The notes under the pieces: generated by a model | Told to the model about the DNA's origin: nothing | Database searches by the model: none | What the model saw: the letters and a program-made list of their open reading frames with translations, nothing else | Source of the DNA: Candidatus Sumerlaeales bacterium | GTDB taxonomy: Bacteria; Sumerlaeota; Sumerlaeia; Sumerlaeales; Sumerlaeaceae | Reading direction: 5' to 3' | Assembly: GCA_038243585.1 (NCBI GenBank) | Contig: JBBSQY010000022.1 | Location: 1 to 50,245, forward strand | Length of the DNA stretch: 50,245 nucleotides | Shown here: positions 50,073 through 50,245 of the stretch, one piece after another | Numbering within the stretch: the stretch's first letter is position 1 | How the letters are laid out: each line of letters starts with the position of its first letter | Made by a program: the position numbers and the translations under genes

Positions 50073-50245
50073 ATGACTAATACATTCAAACTCTCAAACG
50101 TGCGGAAGCTAACCCTGCCTGCCGCAATAATCCTCCTCGGAGCGGTATCGGCTGCAAATGCTGGCGAGCGACATGTGAGTGTGCGCGGTGGTAAAATGGC
50201 CACTCGCTTGGTTAATGGGAAAATGATTCTCACCGGCGTTCAGGG
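50073..50245 (+). CDS. Exported hypothetical protein (5' fragment; runs off the right window edge)
   Basis: MTNTFKLSNVRKLTLPAAIILLGAVSAANA|GERHVSVRGGK... with a signal peptide; open to the window end. Confidence 0.65.
   Translation, partial: MTNTFKLSNVRKLTLPAAIILLGAVSAANAGERHVSVRGGKMATRLVNGKMILTGVQ

Overview
Chromosomal window from a diderm bacterium (lpxD; futalosine-pathway mqnA; ftsQ/ftsA; sigma54-type promoter candidates). GC is roughly 50-55% by eye and the lineage cannot be assigned from this sequence alone. Most of it is shuffled housekeeping genes: rsmB (partial), PIN/TRAM, Tat-exported SOD, CDF, phoU, accA, pdp, aroQ, aat, cysC, dprA-like, rnpB, ftsQ-ftsA, coaX, birA, atpG, wecB, lpxD, purF, def, serS, hpf, a bacterioferritin-like gene, tRNA-Ser(TGA) and tRNA-Leu(TAG). 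The standout is a tightly coupled 7-gene operon at 8467-14375, next to the 3' end of tRNA-Ser. It encodes a PflX-like radical SAM enzyme, a Ycf46-like AAA+ ATPase, a DUF1257(Ycf35)-like protein, a DUF2997-like protein, a Zn-ribbon membrane protein, a TPR protein and a PilT-like motor ATPase, with no pilus genes. This is a candidate uncharacterised two-motor, membrane-associated machine. Other oddities are a rhomboid lacking the catalytic His, an orphan atpG, ftsQA terminated without ftsZ, an RNase P RNA with extra helices, a VKOR-thioredoxin fusion with a long Pro/Thr linker, and three sigma54-like promoters. All family calls come from manual motif recognition; no database search was run.
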